Notes: generated by a model not told the origin, from the sequence alone. DNA of 64,000 bases from Sumerlaeia bacterium (GCA_040219255.1 JAVJSW010000031.1:1-64000); one strand, 5' to 3'; positions 26,619-37,130 are shown, numbered from the stretch's first letter. Numbers and translations are program-made.

Positions 26619-27368
26619 ATGTCCGTGACCGATCTTCCGGCCGAATCCGCCCCCTCCCACCTCTGGTTTCTCAAGTCCACCGAACTCTTCTCCGAGATGT
26701 CGGAAACGCTGGTCGGGTCCGCGGGGCGGCTCCTCGAAGAAATGGAATTCAAGAAGGGCGACGTGCTTCATCTGATCGAAGACGGCGCCCGCTTCATTTA
26801 CATCGTTTCCGAAGGCCAGGTGAAACTGCGATCCGTCTCGGAGGCGGGCAAGGAGCGAATTCTGGACGTGGCGGGGCCGGGTGACGTGTTCGGGCCGCTC
26901 GACCGGCTGCTGCCGATTTCGCCCGCGTCGCCAGCGGCCTCGCTGTCCGAGTCGGGTCTGGCCAAGGAAGCGGTGGCATGCAGCGGCGGCTGTGCCCTGA
27001 GGTTTGAACTCGCGGAGTTCCAATCGCTCGTGGCCCGGCGTCCCGCGGTTGTGGTGAACATCTACCGGCTTCTCGGGATCAAGCAACGGCGGCTGGAAAT
27101 CCGGCTCAGCCGGCTGCTCTTCCGCAGCTCTCTGGGCAAAGTGGCCGGTCTTCTGGCGGAATTGGCGGAGCGCTATGGCGAGAAGAACAGCGGGGGAGAG
27201 GTGGAACTCGATTTCCGCATCACCCATCAGGAAATCGCCAGCATGATCGGGGTCAAACGCGAGACGGTTTCCGAATGCCTCGCGGCGCTCGAGTTGGATG
27301 AATTCATCCGGACGAAAAACCGCCGCATCGTGGTGCTGAAGACGGAGGAACTGGACGAGGTTGTTTAG
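26619..27368 (+). CDS. Crp/Fnr family transcriptional regulator
   Basis: cNMP-binding-like domain (GPGDVFG) and HTH ITHQEIASMIGVKRETVS. Confidence 0.9.
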   Translation: MSVTDLPAESAPSHLWFLKSTELFSEMSETLVGSAGRLLEEMEFKKGDVLHLIEDGARFIYIVSEGQVKLRSVSEAGKERILDVAGPGDVFGPLDRLLPISPASPAASLSESGLAKEAVACSGGCALRFELAEFQSLVARRPAVVVNIYRLLGIKQRRLEIRLSRLLFRSSLGKVAGLLAELAERYGEKNSGGEVELDFRITHQEIASMIGVKRETVSECLAALELDEFIRTKNRRIVVLKTEELDEVV

Positions 27369-28630
27369 GCCACTGCGGCCTGATCTGCAGATGGCGTACT
27401 CGTTTCCGGCGCATCGCCGCGGAAGGCGGCTACGCCGGAGATCAATGCCAGGAGCACGAGCCAGATAACCTGAAACGTGATGTTGTGAAAGGGAAGACTG
27501 AAATAGAGCGGAAGCTGCGCCAGCGTCTCCATCGCCATCACTCCGCCCCAAGCCAATCCCAGAGCTGCGAAAAGCCGCATAGAAAGGCGGCCAAAAATCC
27601 ATTCACGCAGTTGGAGAAACATCGCTGGGGCCGCCCAAACGAAGTGATTGATTTCCAGGAGAGGCGTGAAAATCAACACCATCGGCATACCGAAGGCAAG
27701 CATCAGGGCGTGATTACCGGCTTTTTTTCGAAGCGACCACCAAGCAATCAACGCCATGTATGGCAGCGCGATCGCAATATTAATCCCTAGCACAAGGTGT
27801 CTATAAAGGTGCTCGTCCTCAAGAGCGTGGGGAAGTAAATGCAGCGCGGCAAACTTGTGAATCGACAAGGAGATGTCTTGCCAGTAGAAGGGAATTCTCG
27901 GCAGAGTTTCCTGATACAGAAAGATCTCCCAACGCCAAAAACCGCTCACCAATAGGAAAACAAGATAAAGCGTGAGCCCGGAAAACATCGTAACCAGCAC
28001 CTTCCATCGCCGGCAGCCAGCCACCGGAACCCAAAGCAGCACGGGTGCAATCTTGACCAGTGAGAGGAAAATCAGGAAAATCCCCGCCAGCTTTTCCTTT
28101 CGTTGCACAAAGCAAACAGCCAAGCCGCAGGCGAGAAAAAAGTTGAAGGGATCGATGTTGGCGGCAATCATCACCCGGTGAAGTGGCTGGAAATGGCTGA
28201 TAATCACAAAGGTGAAAAGCGGCCAGTAGCGAATGAGAAAATTGAGGACCCAGCCATCAAGACCAGTCTCCGCACTTCGCTTCGCATTCTTGGGCCACAA
28301 ACCAAATGCCAGCAGAAGGTATCCCGCCATTACAAAAAGTGCATTCCCAATATCCCAGGGAAGTTCGCTGACTTCGTAAGGAAACGCCCTGAGATAAAGA
28401 AAGATGAAACCAGTCAAGAGGGGATAATTGAATCCCAGATACAGCTCCTCGCCCTGATAGGGCGTAACGCCTCGCAGGATCGCGTCGGCAGCCATCCAAT
28501 GCTTCTTGTAATCCACCCCGAGTGTCGTAACCGGGATGACGATGAAGTGGCGGATAAAACTGTAGAGTGATAGCCCCGCCATGACGAACACCAGGGCCTT
28601 TTCCATGCGGTCTTGCGTTTGTTGCTTCAT
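27365..28630 (-). CDS. GT87/DUF2029 GT-C membrane glycosyltransferase
   Basis: DYKKHW..A, FNYPLL, ANIDPF, VKIAP and many TMs. Confidence 0.8.
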   Translation of the reverse strand: MKQQTQDRMEKALVFVMAGLSLYSFIRHFIVIPVTTLGVDYKKHWMAADAILRGVTPYQGEELYLGFNYPLLTGFIFLYLRAFPYEVSELPWDIGNALFVMAGYLLLAFGLWPKNAKRSAETGLDGWVLNFLIRYWPLFTFVIISHFQPLHRVMIAANIDPFNFFLACGLAVCFVQRKEKLAGIFLIFLSLVKIAPVLLWVPVAGCRRWKVLVTMFSGLTLYLVFLLVSGFWRWEIFLYQETLPRIPFYWQDISLSIHKFAALHLLPHALEDEHLYRHLVLGINIAIALPYMALIAWWSLRKKAGNHALMLAFGMPMVLIFTPLLEINHFVWAAPAMFLQLREWIFGRLSMRLFAALGLAWGGVMAMETLAQLPLYFSLPFHNITFQVIWLVLLALISGVAAFRGDAPETSTPSADQAAVA

Positions 28631-30480
28631 CGAGTCGTGGGCCGTTCGAATGTCCAGGGTTCGGGGTCCGCAAAGCGAACTTGCCAGAGCCGAAGCCCGG
28701 CTTGCCGCACTTCCTCGGGGGTGGCTGTGCGGTCGTCGAGCAGGATTTGCAGAAAAACCAGGTTCGTCCCCCGCCGCAGGGTTTTCGCTGGCACGGTGAA
28801 ACTGACCGTTTGCCGTCCCGAGAAGGACAAGTCGGCGACGCCTAACTCTTCTGTATTCAGTGAAACAGCCGCGCCAAGCGTCAGTGTCGGCGACGTGGCC
28901 TCGAAGGTCAGTTGCACCGTGCGAAAGGTGACATCCTGCACAGGCAATCCGGTCGTTGTGTAAGGTCCGGCGAGCGGCCGATAGCCCCAGCCTCGGTTCT
29001 CGACCCAGCCCTGATCGGCGAAACCGGTGGAGTCGAGGCGGCTTTCGAACAGCGCGTTGTCGCCTCCGGCCGCGGGGGCCTCCAGGTGCAGCGGCGGCCG
29101 GAACGCGGTCCAGGCGAAGAGGAACGCGATGATCGCCCCTCCGCTCAGAACCCACGCCCCCGCCGTCCAGGACGGCGCCGGGATAGGCGAATCGGTGTCG
29201 AGGGCAGGCGGACTTAAGGCAAGCAGAACCAACGGCCCAACGAACCCATAATACCAGGGAATGATTGCGCACGCCAAGAACAGCACGAGCGACGCCCCAA
29301 CGAAGCGGACGAGAGCGCCTTCGCCACGCAGCCGCCAGGCTCCCAACCCCCAAACCACCAGCATCCCCGACAGGCCAAAGGCCCCCTTCCACTCGAACAA
29401 CCCCAGCCGGTCCAGCAATCCTGTCAGCCCAAACCCCAGCAACAGGTTCGGGTTCCGTTCGATCAGATACCGCGACCCGGCATCGTACCACGACGTGTAC
29501 CCGTGCAGAAAAGCCTCCGGGTTCATCAGCAAAAAAGGCAGCACGATCAAGCTCGCCAGCAAGCCCCCCGCCACATGCCATGTCAGCCCCCGCAGCGCCA
29601 GCGCCCCGCCCTCGCGCCAGCGCCGCCACCCATAAATCGCGTAAAGCGGCACCGCCAAAATCAGATACGGCCGGACCGTGATGCACAGCCCAAACAGCAA
29701 ACCGGCCAGAAAATCCCGCCCCCCGCGCAAAGCCGCCACCCACAGGAATAGCAGCAGCCAAAAAACGCTGACGTGCAAGTGGGGAAGAAATCCCGCGAAA
29801 GGCCCAGCCCTCAGTAGAATCAGCGGAATCGCGGCCGGCAGTGCCGCCAGCAGAGCCCGTCCCCAGGTCCGCTGGCGGCTCGCCCGCCAGAGCGCCCACG
29901 CCGGCAGCCCGAGCGCAAGCACCGCCAGGCACGCGACCGACCACGCCCGGATATCGAGGCCCAGCAAGTACGCGGGCGAAAAACTGAGCCAATGGCCCGG
30001 CGTGTAGGTCAGCGGAATGCTCCACTCCGCGACCTGGTGCCAACGGTAGGGGTAAAGGCTGTCGCGCCAGAAACTGCGCAGCGCCGATTCGATCAGCGGC
30101 AGCATATCGCCACCGTTGCGGGGGTCGGCGACGCTGAACCAAATCAGCCGCTGGTAATCACGAATGGCGGAAACCGTCGGCCACAGAAGTCCCAGAAAGA
30201 TTCCCCCGGCCAGGAGGCGCCTTCGCCAAGGAGACGAGGCAAGGGTGTCGTTCGTCTTGGAGTTCCCACCCGGCAATGCCAGAAGCGCTACCAAAGCTCC
30301 GAGCGGCAGCAGGCTCAGCAGCGTAATCCGCGGCCACAGCCAGTAAGCGCGTTCGCTGTACCGCACACCTTCGCCCGCGATCAATAGCACCCACGGAACC
30401 CACGCCGCCAACAGGTAAAGCCCCACACGCCAAAGCATGGCGGAGCGCAGGCCGGAGGGCTCGACTCCGCGCGTGGTCAT
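28627..30480 (-). CDS. GT-C-type membrane glycosyltransferase with C-terminal periplasmic domain
   Basis: GDMLPLI...YPY...LTYTPG, multiple TMs and a beta-rich C-terminus. ATGA overlap with the next gene. Confidence 0.7.
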   Translation of the reverse strand: MTTRGVEPSGLRSAMLWRVGLYLLAAWVPWVLLIAGEGVRYSERAYWLWPRITLLSLLPLGALVALLALPGGNSKTNDTLASSPWRRRLLAGGIFLGLLWPTVSAIRDYQRLIWFSVADPRNGGDMLPLIESALRSFWRDSLYPYRWHQVAEWSIPLTYTPGHWLSFSPAYLLGLDIRAWSVACLAVLALGLPAWALWRASRQRTWGRALLAALPAAIPLILLRAGPFAGFLPHLHVSVFWLLLFLWVAALRGGRDFLAGLLFGLCITVRPYLILAVPLYAIYGWRRWREGGALALRGLTWHVAGGLLASLIVLPFLLMNPEAFLHGYTSWYDAGSRYLIERNPNLLLGFGLTGLLDRLGLFEWKGAFGLSGMLVVWGLGAWRLRGEGALVRFVGASLVLFLACAIIPWYYGFVGPLVLLALSPPALDTDSPIPAPSWTAGAWVLSGGAIIAFLFAWTAFRPPLHLEAPAAGGDNALFESRLDSTGFADQGWVENRGWGYRPLAGPYTTTGLPVQDVTFRTVQLTFEATSPTLTLGAAVSLNTEELGVADLSFSGRQTVSFTVPAKTLRRGTNLVFLQILLDDRTATPEEVRQAGLRLWQVRFADPEPWTFERPTTR

Positions 30481-30514
30481 TGAAAGCCAGCCAGTTTGCG
30501 AAGGGAAGACAGCG

Positions 30515-31084
30515 TCACGCGCTCTTGCCCTCGGCCACATCCGCCGACACGCGATATCCGGCCAGCACCTTCTCCCAGGCGCCCTGAGCCTTCAGAATGC
30601 CTTCGGCGACCTCGCGGGCCGCGCCTCGTCCACCCGGGGTCACCGTGACCCAATCCACAGCGGCCAGGATATCCTCGGCGCCGTCGGCAGGCGTGGCGCT
30701 GACCCCAGCCCACTCGATGGCGGCCAAGTCGACCAGGTCGTCGCCCATGTAGAACACCTGCGACGGTTCCAGACCCATTTCCCCGGCGAACCGTTTCAGC
30801 GTTTTCAGCTTATCGCCATCCGCCATGGAGAGGCGGGTCACGCCCATTTCCTTGGCGCGCTGGGCCACCATTTCACTCTTGCGCGCTGTGATCAGGGCCA
30901 CTTCCACACCGTTCAGCATCATCTGCTTCAGACCCAGGCCATCGCGGACGTGGAACCTCTTGATTTCCTGATCGCCCGCGAAGACAAGGGCGCCGTCGGT
31001 CAGGATCCCATCCACATCGAAAACCGCGAGACGGATTGCCTTGAGCCTCTCGTTCAATTGGGGGCTGATACGTGGTGTCGCCAT
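30515..31084 (-). CDS. kdsC: KDO 8-phosphate phosphatase (HAD)
   Basis: FDVDGILTDG, KRFHVRDGLG, YMGDDLVD, GGRGAAREV. Confidence 0.92.
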   Translation of the reverse strand: MATPRISPQLNERLKAIRLAVFDVDGILTDGALVFAGDQEIKRFHVRDGLGLKQMMLNGVEVALITARKSEMVAQRAKEMGVTRLSMADGDKLKTLKRFAGEMGLEPSQVFYMGDDLVDLAAIEWAGVSATPADGAEDILAAVDWVTVTPGGRGAAREVAEGILKAQGAWEKVLAGYRVSADVAEGKSA

Positions 31085-31207
31085 GGTTGCCAATTCCGGG
31101 TGATATTGCCCTGTTTGCAGATTTTCGGGCTGGGTTCGCCGCGCCGGACTGCTAGCTCCTTGCGCGGGTTGCGATCCAACCTCACAGCCATTGACCGAGG
31201 CAAGCCT

Positions 31208-33637
31208 ATGAGTTTCCCCAATCCGATTGCCAAGACCGCCCACTGGCTCCACACCCGCTGGCCCGCGGGCACGGTGGAAAAACTGCCCCTGGTCAACGAC
31301 GACGGCACCTGTCAGATCCCCGGCGTGTACATCGTCGGCGACCTGAGCGGCATTCCGCTCCTCAAGTTCTCCCTCCACACCGGCAGCCGCGCCGTCAAAC
31401 AAATCGCCTCCGACCCGAAGTTTCAGAAGCAACGCAAGGACGACGGCTCTGGCTCCGGCGTTCGTGACCTCGTCATCATCGGCGGGGGAGTCGCCGGCAT
31501 GGCCGCCGCCGTCGAAGCCCGCCGCCAGGCTCTCGATTTCGAACTGCTCGAAGCCGCCCAGCCATTCAACACCATCGCCAATTTCCCCAAGCGCAAGCCC
31601 ATCTACACCTATCCCACGGACATGACGCCAGAGGGTGATTTGCAGGTCTCGGCCGAGGTGAAGGAGGAATTGCTGGAGGAATTGAAGGGGCAAATCGAAA
31701 AGGCAGGTATCACGTCCCGCGCCGCCGTGGCCGAGAAAATCGCCCGCTCCGGCAGTCACCTGGAAGTCCACCTCGCCAAGGAAGCGCCCATAAAGGCCCG
31801 CCGCGTCATCATCGCCATCGGCCGCTCGGGCAACTACCGGCGCCTCGGGGTTCCGGGGCAGGACCTCGACAAGGTCACTCACCGGCTCTACGATCCGAAC
31901 GACCACACCGGCCAGGACTGCCTCGTGGTGGGTGGGGGAGACTCGGCGCTGGAAACCGCCATCGCGCTGGTCAAGGCCGGGGCCAACGTCACGCTTTCCT
32001 ATCGGCGCAAAGACTTCGGCCGCGCCAAGCCCGACAATGTCGAGATGATCGAGCGCCTCGCCAGAGGTGGCGATTGCGCGAAGATGTCTGTGGAGAATCC
32101 CGAGGGCGACCGCGAGACCACCGCCAGCGGAGACTGGTTGCACACGGACGGCCGCAGCGCCGGGCGCTTTCGCCTGATGATGGGCAGCAACCTGAAGGAA
32201 GTCCGCGAATCGGACGTTGAACTGGAAGACGCGGACGGGCAAGCTGTCACCCTTCCCAACGACATCGTCTTCGCGATGATCGGCCGCGAGGCCCCCCTCG
32301 ATTTTTTCCGCAAGAGCGGCATCCCCATCATCGGCGAGGGCACGCCCTGGGGCTGGGCGATGTTCGCCGGGTTCCTGGCGTTCTGCGTCTGGATGTACCT
32401 TTGGAAGGGCGGCTCCTGGGTCGGCGGGACGACGGGCGCCTTTCCGGGTAACGTGCCCAATCTGATCGCGTCGCTTGGCGATCGGTGGGCGGCACAGGTC
32501 AACGACCGTTCGACACTGATCGGCACCGTGGCGGTTTCGATGCAGTCGCGCTCGTTCTACTATTCCTTCCTCTACTGCCTCGCCGTGGTCATCTTCGGCA
32601 TCCGGCGCATCCGGCGCCGCAAGACGCCCTACGTCAAACTCCAGACCATCGTCCTGATGGCGATTCAGGTCATCCCGCTCTTTGTCCTGCCCGAAGTTCT
32701 CCTGCCCTGGCTAGGCTACAACGGCGCCTTCGACGCTGGCATCGGGCGCACCATCGCCGACAACCTGTTCGAGCCCTACATCAGCGCCCAGGCTCTGGCC
32801 GCCCACGATTGGCCGGCAGGATATCACCCGCGGGCTTACTGGCGCGCCTACGGGCTCATTCTGGCGTGGCCGCTGATGATCTACAATGTCTTCACGGACG
32901 CGCCGATGCTTTGGTGGCTGGTGATCTCGAGCGTGCAAACGTTCGTGATCATCCCGGCTGGCATCTTTTTCTACGGCAAGGGCTTCTACTGCGGGTGGAT
33001 TTGTTCCTGCGGGGCGTTGGCGGAAACGCTAGGTGATGCCCATCGCCAGAAAATGCCCCACGGGCCCTTCTGGAATCGGCTGAACATGGTGGGCCAATTG
33101 ATCCTTTGGCTCGCGGTCGCGTTCTTGATTCTGCGGATCGTGGGCTGGGTTTTCCCCGGCAGCGCCGCCGACAAGGCTTTCAAGGTCCTGGTGGACGGCA
33201 AGACCGCCGACGGCGCCACGAATCCCATCAGCTACAAGTACTTGGTCGATATCTTCCTGGCGGGGATTATCGGGGTTGGGTTCTACTTCAAATACAGCGG
33301 CCGCGTCTGGTGCCGGTTCTTCTGCCCGCTCGCGGCGCTCATGCATGTCTTCACGAGGTTCAGCCGATTCCGGATATTCGCGGATAAGAAAAAGTGCATC
33401 TCCTGCAACGTCTGCACGTCCGTCTGCCACCAAGGAATCGACATCATGAGCTTCGCCAACAAGGGCCTGCCCATGGAGGACCCGGAATGTGTGCGCTGCT
33501 CGGCGTGTGTGCAGAGTTGCCCGACAGGCGTGCTGGCCTTCGGGCGGACGGGCCGCGATGGCTCAGGCGAATACCACGATCAGGTGCCGGCCAGCCTGGT
33601 CCGCATGGCGGAGGCAAGGCAGAAACAGCAAGCTTGA
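31208..33637 (+). CDS. FAD/NAD(P)H oxidoreductase fused to a NapH/MauN-like membrane 4Fe-4S domain
   Basis: GGGVAG, VVGGGDSALE, CGWICSCG, CRFFCP and two CxxCxxCxxxC motifs. Confidence 0.85.
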   Translation: MSFPNPIAKTAHWLHTRWPAGTVEKLPLVNDDGTCQIPGVYIVGDLSGIPLLKFSLHTGSRAVKQIASDPKFQKQRKDDGSGSGVRDLVIIGGGVAGMAAAVEARRQALDFELLEAAQPFNTIANFPKRKPIYTYPTDMTPEGDLQVSAEVKEELLEELKGQIEKAGITSRAAVAEKIARSGSHLEVHLAKEAPIKARRVIIAIGRSGNYRRLGVPGQDLDKVTHRLYDPNDHTGQDCLVVGGGDSALETAIALVKAGANVTLSYRRKDFGRAKPDNVEMIERLARGGDCAKMSVENPEGDRETTASGDWLHTDGRSAGRFRLMMGSNLKEVRESDVELEDADGQAVTLPNDIVFAMIGREAPLDFFRKSGIPIIGEGTPWGWAMFAGFLAFCVWMYLWKGGSWVGGTTGAFPGNVPNLIASLGDRWAAQVNDRSTLIGTVAVSMQSRSFYYSFLYCLAVVIFGIRRIRRRKTPYVKLQTIVLMAIQVIPLFVLPEVLLPWLGYNGAFDAGIGRTIADNLFEPYISAQALAAHDWPAGYHPRAYWRAYGLILAWPLMIYNVFTDAPMLWWLVISSVQTFVIIPAGIFFYGKGFYCGWICSCGALAETLGDAHRQKMPHGPFWNRLNMVGQLILWLAVAFLILRIVGWVFPGSAADKAFKVLVDGKTADGATNPISYKYLVDIFLAGIIGVGFYFKYSGRVWCRFFCPLAALMHVFTRFSRFRIFADKKKCISCNVCTSVCHQGIDIMSFANKGLPMEDPECVRCSACVQSCPTGVLAFGRTGRDGSGEYHDQVPASLVRMAEARQKQQA

Positions 33638-33642
33638 GGCGT

Positions 33643-33951
33643 TCAGGCGAACTCGGAGCGAAGTCTCTCGAGTTCCTTGCGGATGGCGAAGAGTTCGGCA
33701 CGAACTTTCTCGAAGTCCGCCGGGCTGAATCGAACATGGCGCGGAAGTTCCGGGGGGGCCTCGAACAACTGGCGGGTGTCTTCCTGCCAGGCGTCGAAGA
33801 AATCCTCCGGCGTGATTTCCGCAGGCCGTGAGTAACCATTCGCCGGACGCGCGGAGGGCGGGTCCAGGACGGCCACTTCACTCGATTCATGGGATTTCTG
33901 GGGAAACTTTTCGCCGGAGATCTTGCGAAAGAATTCGCGGAACATCGTCAT
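33643..33951 (-). CDS. hypothetical protein
   Basis: Short ORF with an AGAGG RBS and a coiled-coil-like C-terminus. Confidence 0.55.
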   Translation of the reverse strand: MTMFREFFRKISGEKFPQKSHESSEVAVLDPPSARPANGYSRPAEITPEDFFDAWQEDTRQLFEAPPELPRHVRFSPADFEKVRAELFAIRKELERLRSEFA

Positions 33952-34202
33952 GGGACACCTCTTCGGAGCGGGAGCGGCGGGAGTCGAACAGCATTGGGAA
34001 CAGCACAAGGACCTTGCAGCGATATCCTTGTTGAAAAGAAGTAGAGCGTGCCGCCCCGGGATTCTCAACGAAAATCCGCGCGCGAATCGCTCCCGCTCCG
34101 CGCATTCTTCTTGACGGTCTTGGGGCGCCGCCTCCGGCAATGAGGAGAGCAAGGCCCAGATTCAATCCGGTGACCGCTCGACTCTTACGCCCGATCCGCC
34201 GT

Positions 34203-35120
34203 ATGCCCTTGAAGCAAAAGCGTTTACGAACATCCAGCAGCACCGCCGTGGCGCGCTACCGGTGGGAGGCGGGCACCGGTGCGTTCTCCCGCGGGACCCT
34301 CGCGGGTCTGGGGGTCCTGCTGGTGCTCGGGGGCATTCTGCTGGCGTCGCTGGAAAGCCGCCTTCCCGGCAGCGATGCCGCCCGCGGGGCTGTAGAGGGC
34401 GGCCTGCTTCCCCTGACGCAAGCCGCCTCCGACGCCGCCAGCGAAGGCACCCATGTCTTTTCCGCCTGGAACGACGCTCGCCGCCTGCAACTGGAAAACG
34501 AGGAGTTGCAGGCCGAACTGGCGTCCCTCCAGAATGCTCTGGCGGCGGCGCGCCAACGCGCCGACGAGCTGGAGCTGATGATCGGCGAGACGGACCGCCT
34601 GCCGGAATTCGTCGCCCAATCCATCCCGGTGCGGGTGCTGGGCCGTGTGCCCGATCCGGCCCGTCACGCCCTGTGGATCGAAGGCGGGTTGAACCGCGGG
34701 ATTCGCGCCGGCCAAGCCGTGATCGCTGCCGGCGGACTGGCTGGAATCGTCGAGCACGCCAACGGGGACTACGCGATCGTTCGCCTTTCGAGCGACGAAA
34801 AGTCCCGCTGGGGCGCCCTCGCCGGCGAGCACCGGGGCATCGTCAGCGGTACCGGCCGCGCTGGGGAACTGGAGTTCCGCCCGGAAACCACCGACGCCGC
34901 CATGGAGGTCGGCTCCCTCATCACCACCACGGGGCGCGTCGGCTCCTTCGCCCCGGCCTCTTTGCCCATAGGCCGCGTTGTGCGCATCGATGTCGACAAG
35001 TCAGGCGAACGGCGGGCCGTTCTGGAAACCGGCGCGACAACCGATCTCGAGATTGTCTTCGTGTTTCAGAGCGAGCAGATCCCATTTTCTCCTCCCCTCT
35101 CCCTGATGGCGGGAAACTGA
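34203..35120 (+). CDS. mreC: rod shape-determining protein MreC
   Basis: TM, coiled coil (LQLENEELQAEL), IEGG..RGIRAGQAV..GLAGIV, ITTTG..LPIGRV. Confidence 0.88.
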   Translation: MPLKQKRLRTSSSTAVARYRWEAGTGAFSRGTLAGLGVLLVLGGILLASLESRLPGSDAARGAVEGGLLPLTQAASDAASEGTHVFSAWNDARRLQLENEELQAELASLQNALAAARQRADELELMIGETDRLPEFVAQSIPVRVLGRVPDPARHALWIEGGLNRGIRAGQAVIAAGGLAGIVEHANGDYAIVRLSSDEKSRWGALAGEHRGIVSGTGRAGELEFRPETTDAAMEVGSLITTTGRVGSFAPASLPIGRVVRIDVDKSGERRAVLETGATTDLEIVFVFQSEQIPFSPPLSLMAGN

Positions 35121-35128
35121 CGGGTTCC

Positions 35129-35692
35129 ATGCCTCAGGACGCGACCACTCGGGGCTGGCGCCCGCCGCCAGCGGTCCTGACGGCCCTTCAAGCCGCAGCC
35201 CTGGTCTTCGCCGTGCTGCTCGCCGGTTCGGTACTGGGGCGGGTCCTGGGGGGCGTTTTGTGGGCGCCGCCGCTTTGGGCCGCCTGGGTTTACCGCAAGC
35301 CGTGGAAGACGGCGCTGGCGGGGGCCGTGGTGATCGGGATGGCGCTCGACGCGTTGACCCATGCGCCGCTTGGCATCAACACGGCCGTGCTCGGGGCGGC
35401 ACTGGCCGGCGGGCATTGGCTCTCGCCAGGACGGGGCAAACGCTGGGAACTGCCCCATCTGATTTTCGTGCTGGCCGCCACCCTCAGCGCCCTGTTCTTT
35501 CTCACTCTGGCCGGCTGGTCGTTACCCGGCCTTTTCGGCCCCGTGCCCCGCTGGCCCGTCTGGGGCCAGACGCTGACGGCTGTGATCGTTGGATTCATAG
35601 CCTATCTCTTGGGGGCCTGGCTTTGGAAGGGCGGCAGATCGCTGAGGAAGTCCCGAAAGAGCGGTCGGCGGCGGAAAGCGCGCAAGGCGTGA
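35129..35692 (+). CDS. mreD: rod shape-determining protein MreD
   Basis: Membrane protein following mreC; GMALDALTHAPLGIN. Confidence 0.75.
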   Translation: MPQDATTRGWRPPPAVLTALQAAALVFAVLLAGSVLGRVLGGVLWAPPLWAAWVYRKPWKTALAGAVVIGMALDALTHAPLGINTAVLGAALAGGHWLSPGRGKRWELPHLIFVLAATLSALFFLTLAGWSLPGLFGPVPRWPVWGQTLTAVIVGFIAYLLGAWLWKGGRSLRKSRKSGRRRKARKA

Positions 35693-36858
35693 ACGTCCTG
35701 GTCTGCGCCCTGGAAAGCCCCGGTATGCTCTTTCCCGCACTCAAGGCCGGGCGCAAGCTGACGGAACTCGGTCACAACGTCCGCGTCGTTACCGGTCCCG
35801 ATGGCGAAGCGGCCGCAGCCCGCGCGGGGCTTGAGGTCCTCTCTCGCCCCAAAGACGCCCCCGAGGGTTTCCGCGTTTCGGGCTGGGGCAAACGCCACAA
35901 CGTCGATGCCCAGATGCTCCACCTCGGCGCTGCCTGGCGCCAGTTCCCGGCGGACGCCGTCATCGGGGGACAGTTGACCCTCGGCCCTTACTTCCTCGCG
36001 GAACGCGAGCGCGTGCCCCTGGTCGTTTTGGGCATGGCGGCTTATCTTTGGCCAACGCCGGCCAGCGAACGCGCCACCCCCGCAGACCCCGCCGCCTGGC
36101 GCGAGCGCGAGATGCGCCGCCACTACGTTCGCGAGGCTCTGCGCGTTTATGAAAAGGCCCGCACCCACCTCGGTCTTCCCGCCTGGGACAAGCGCCTCGG
36201 CAATCCGCTACTCGCCAACGCCTTCCTCGTCCGCTCGTGCCACGCCATCGAGGGCCCGCCGGGGGAACTGCCCCCCAAAGTCCGGTGCGCCGGTGCCCTC
36301 CTCTTCGAACCGGAAGAGCGAACTCTCAGTCAGGATGTCGAGGCATGGCTCGACCGACAACACCGCGCCGGGCGCACCGTGGCCCTCTCGCAGGTGGGAC
36401 GAAGCTTCGGCCATCCCTCCCTTTGGTGCACCCTGCGAAGTCTCACATGCCAGGGAGACCTTGCCATCGTGGCTGATGTGGGTCGTGCCGACGATCCGGC
36501 CGCTCAGCGGGAAGCGGGCGATCTGGTCCTGCCGGTTGTGGGCGAGCCTCTCGGTCCCTTGGCCGCTAGGGCCGGCGCCATCATCGGATCGGGCCACAGT
36601 ACCCTCGCCCTGCTGGCACTCGCCCATAGAGTGCCAACGGTCACCATCCCGCATGGCAGCGGAGCCGACCTGGTGGCGAGACAGTTGGAAAAAGCGGGGC
36701 TGACCCAGGTCGTCCCTCCCGAAGACGGGGACGTGGATGGCGTCCGCATGGCGCTGGAACGGGCAGCCGGCCCGGGCTCCGGCAAGGCGAGGAAAGAGGC
36801 GGCAGAAGCCCTGCGCCAGGAGGAGCGGCGATTCGACTGGGAGGAAGCATTCCGATAA
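35689..36858 (+). CDS. GT1/GT-B glycosyltransferase
   Basis: PGMLFPAL...LTELGHNVRVVT and IIGSGHSTLALLALAHRVPTVTIP. GTGA overlap with mreD. Confidence 0.8.
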   Translation: MNVLVCALESPGMLFPALKAGRKLTELGHNVRVVTGPDGEAAAARAGLEVLSRPKDAPEGFRVSGWGKRHNVDAQMLHLGAAWRQFPADAVIGGQLTLGPYFLAERERVPLVVLGMAAYLWPTPASERATPADPAAWREREMRRHYVREALRVYEKARTHLGLPAWDKRLGNPLLANAFLVRSCHAIEGPPGELPPKVRCAGALLFEPEERTLSQDVEAWLDRQHRAGRTVALSQVGRSFGHPSLWCTLRSLTCQGDLAIVADVGRADDPAAQREAGDLVLPVVGEPLGPLAARAGAIIGSGHSTLALLALAHRVPTVTIPHGSGADLVARQLEKAGLTQVVPPEDGDVDGVRMALERAAGPGSGKARKEAAEALRQEERRFDWEEAFR

Positions 36859-37130
36859 CGAAGGGGTTTTTTGTGGGTGCGAAAAGTTTTCGCGATGGGA
36901 CAGTGCCCGTTTCCAAGTGAGACAATTCCCGGCCTGGAAATCGCTTTGAACTTTTTTCATACACCTGCATAATTAGTAAAAATGCAATGATTTCAGCACT
37001 CTAAAGAACTCTTGCGGCTCCGCGCCGAATGGCTTGATTGTTGATGGTATTATCGCACGCTTGTTCCGGGAGAAGGTGATTCTCTCGACATCCGGCCTTA
37101 TTTCAAGGCGCTTTTTTTTCGAACTTTACC

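Noticed and set aside
27365-33637. Apparent long fusions 27365..30142, 30437..33637 and 30515..32242 in the ORF track
   Set aside because: The extensions overlap genuine genes. Trimmed to starts 28630, 31208 and 31084.
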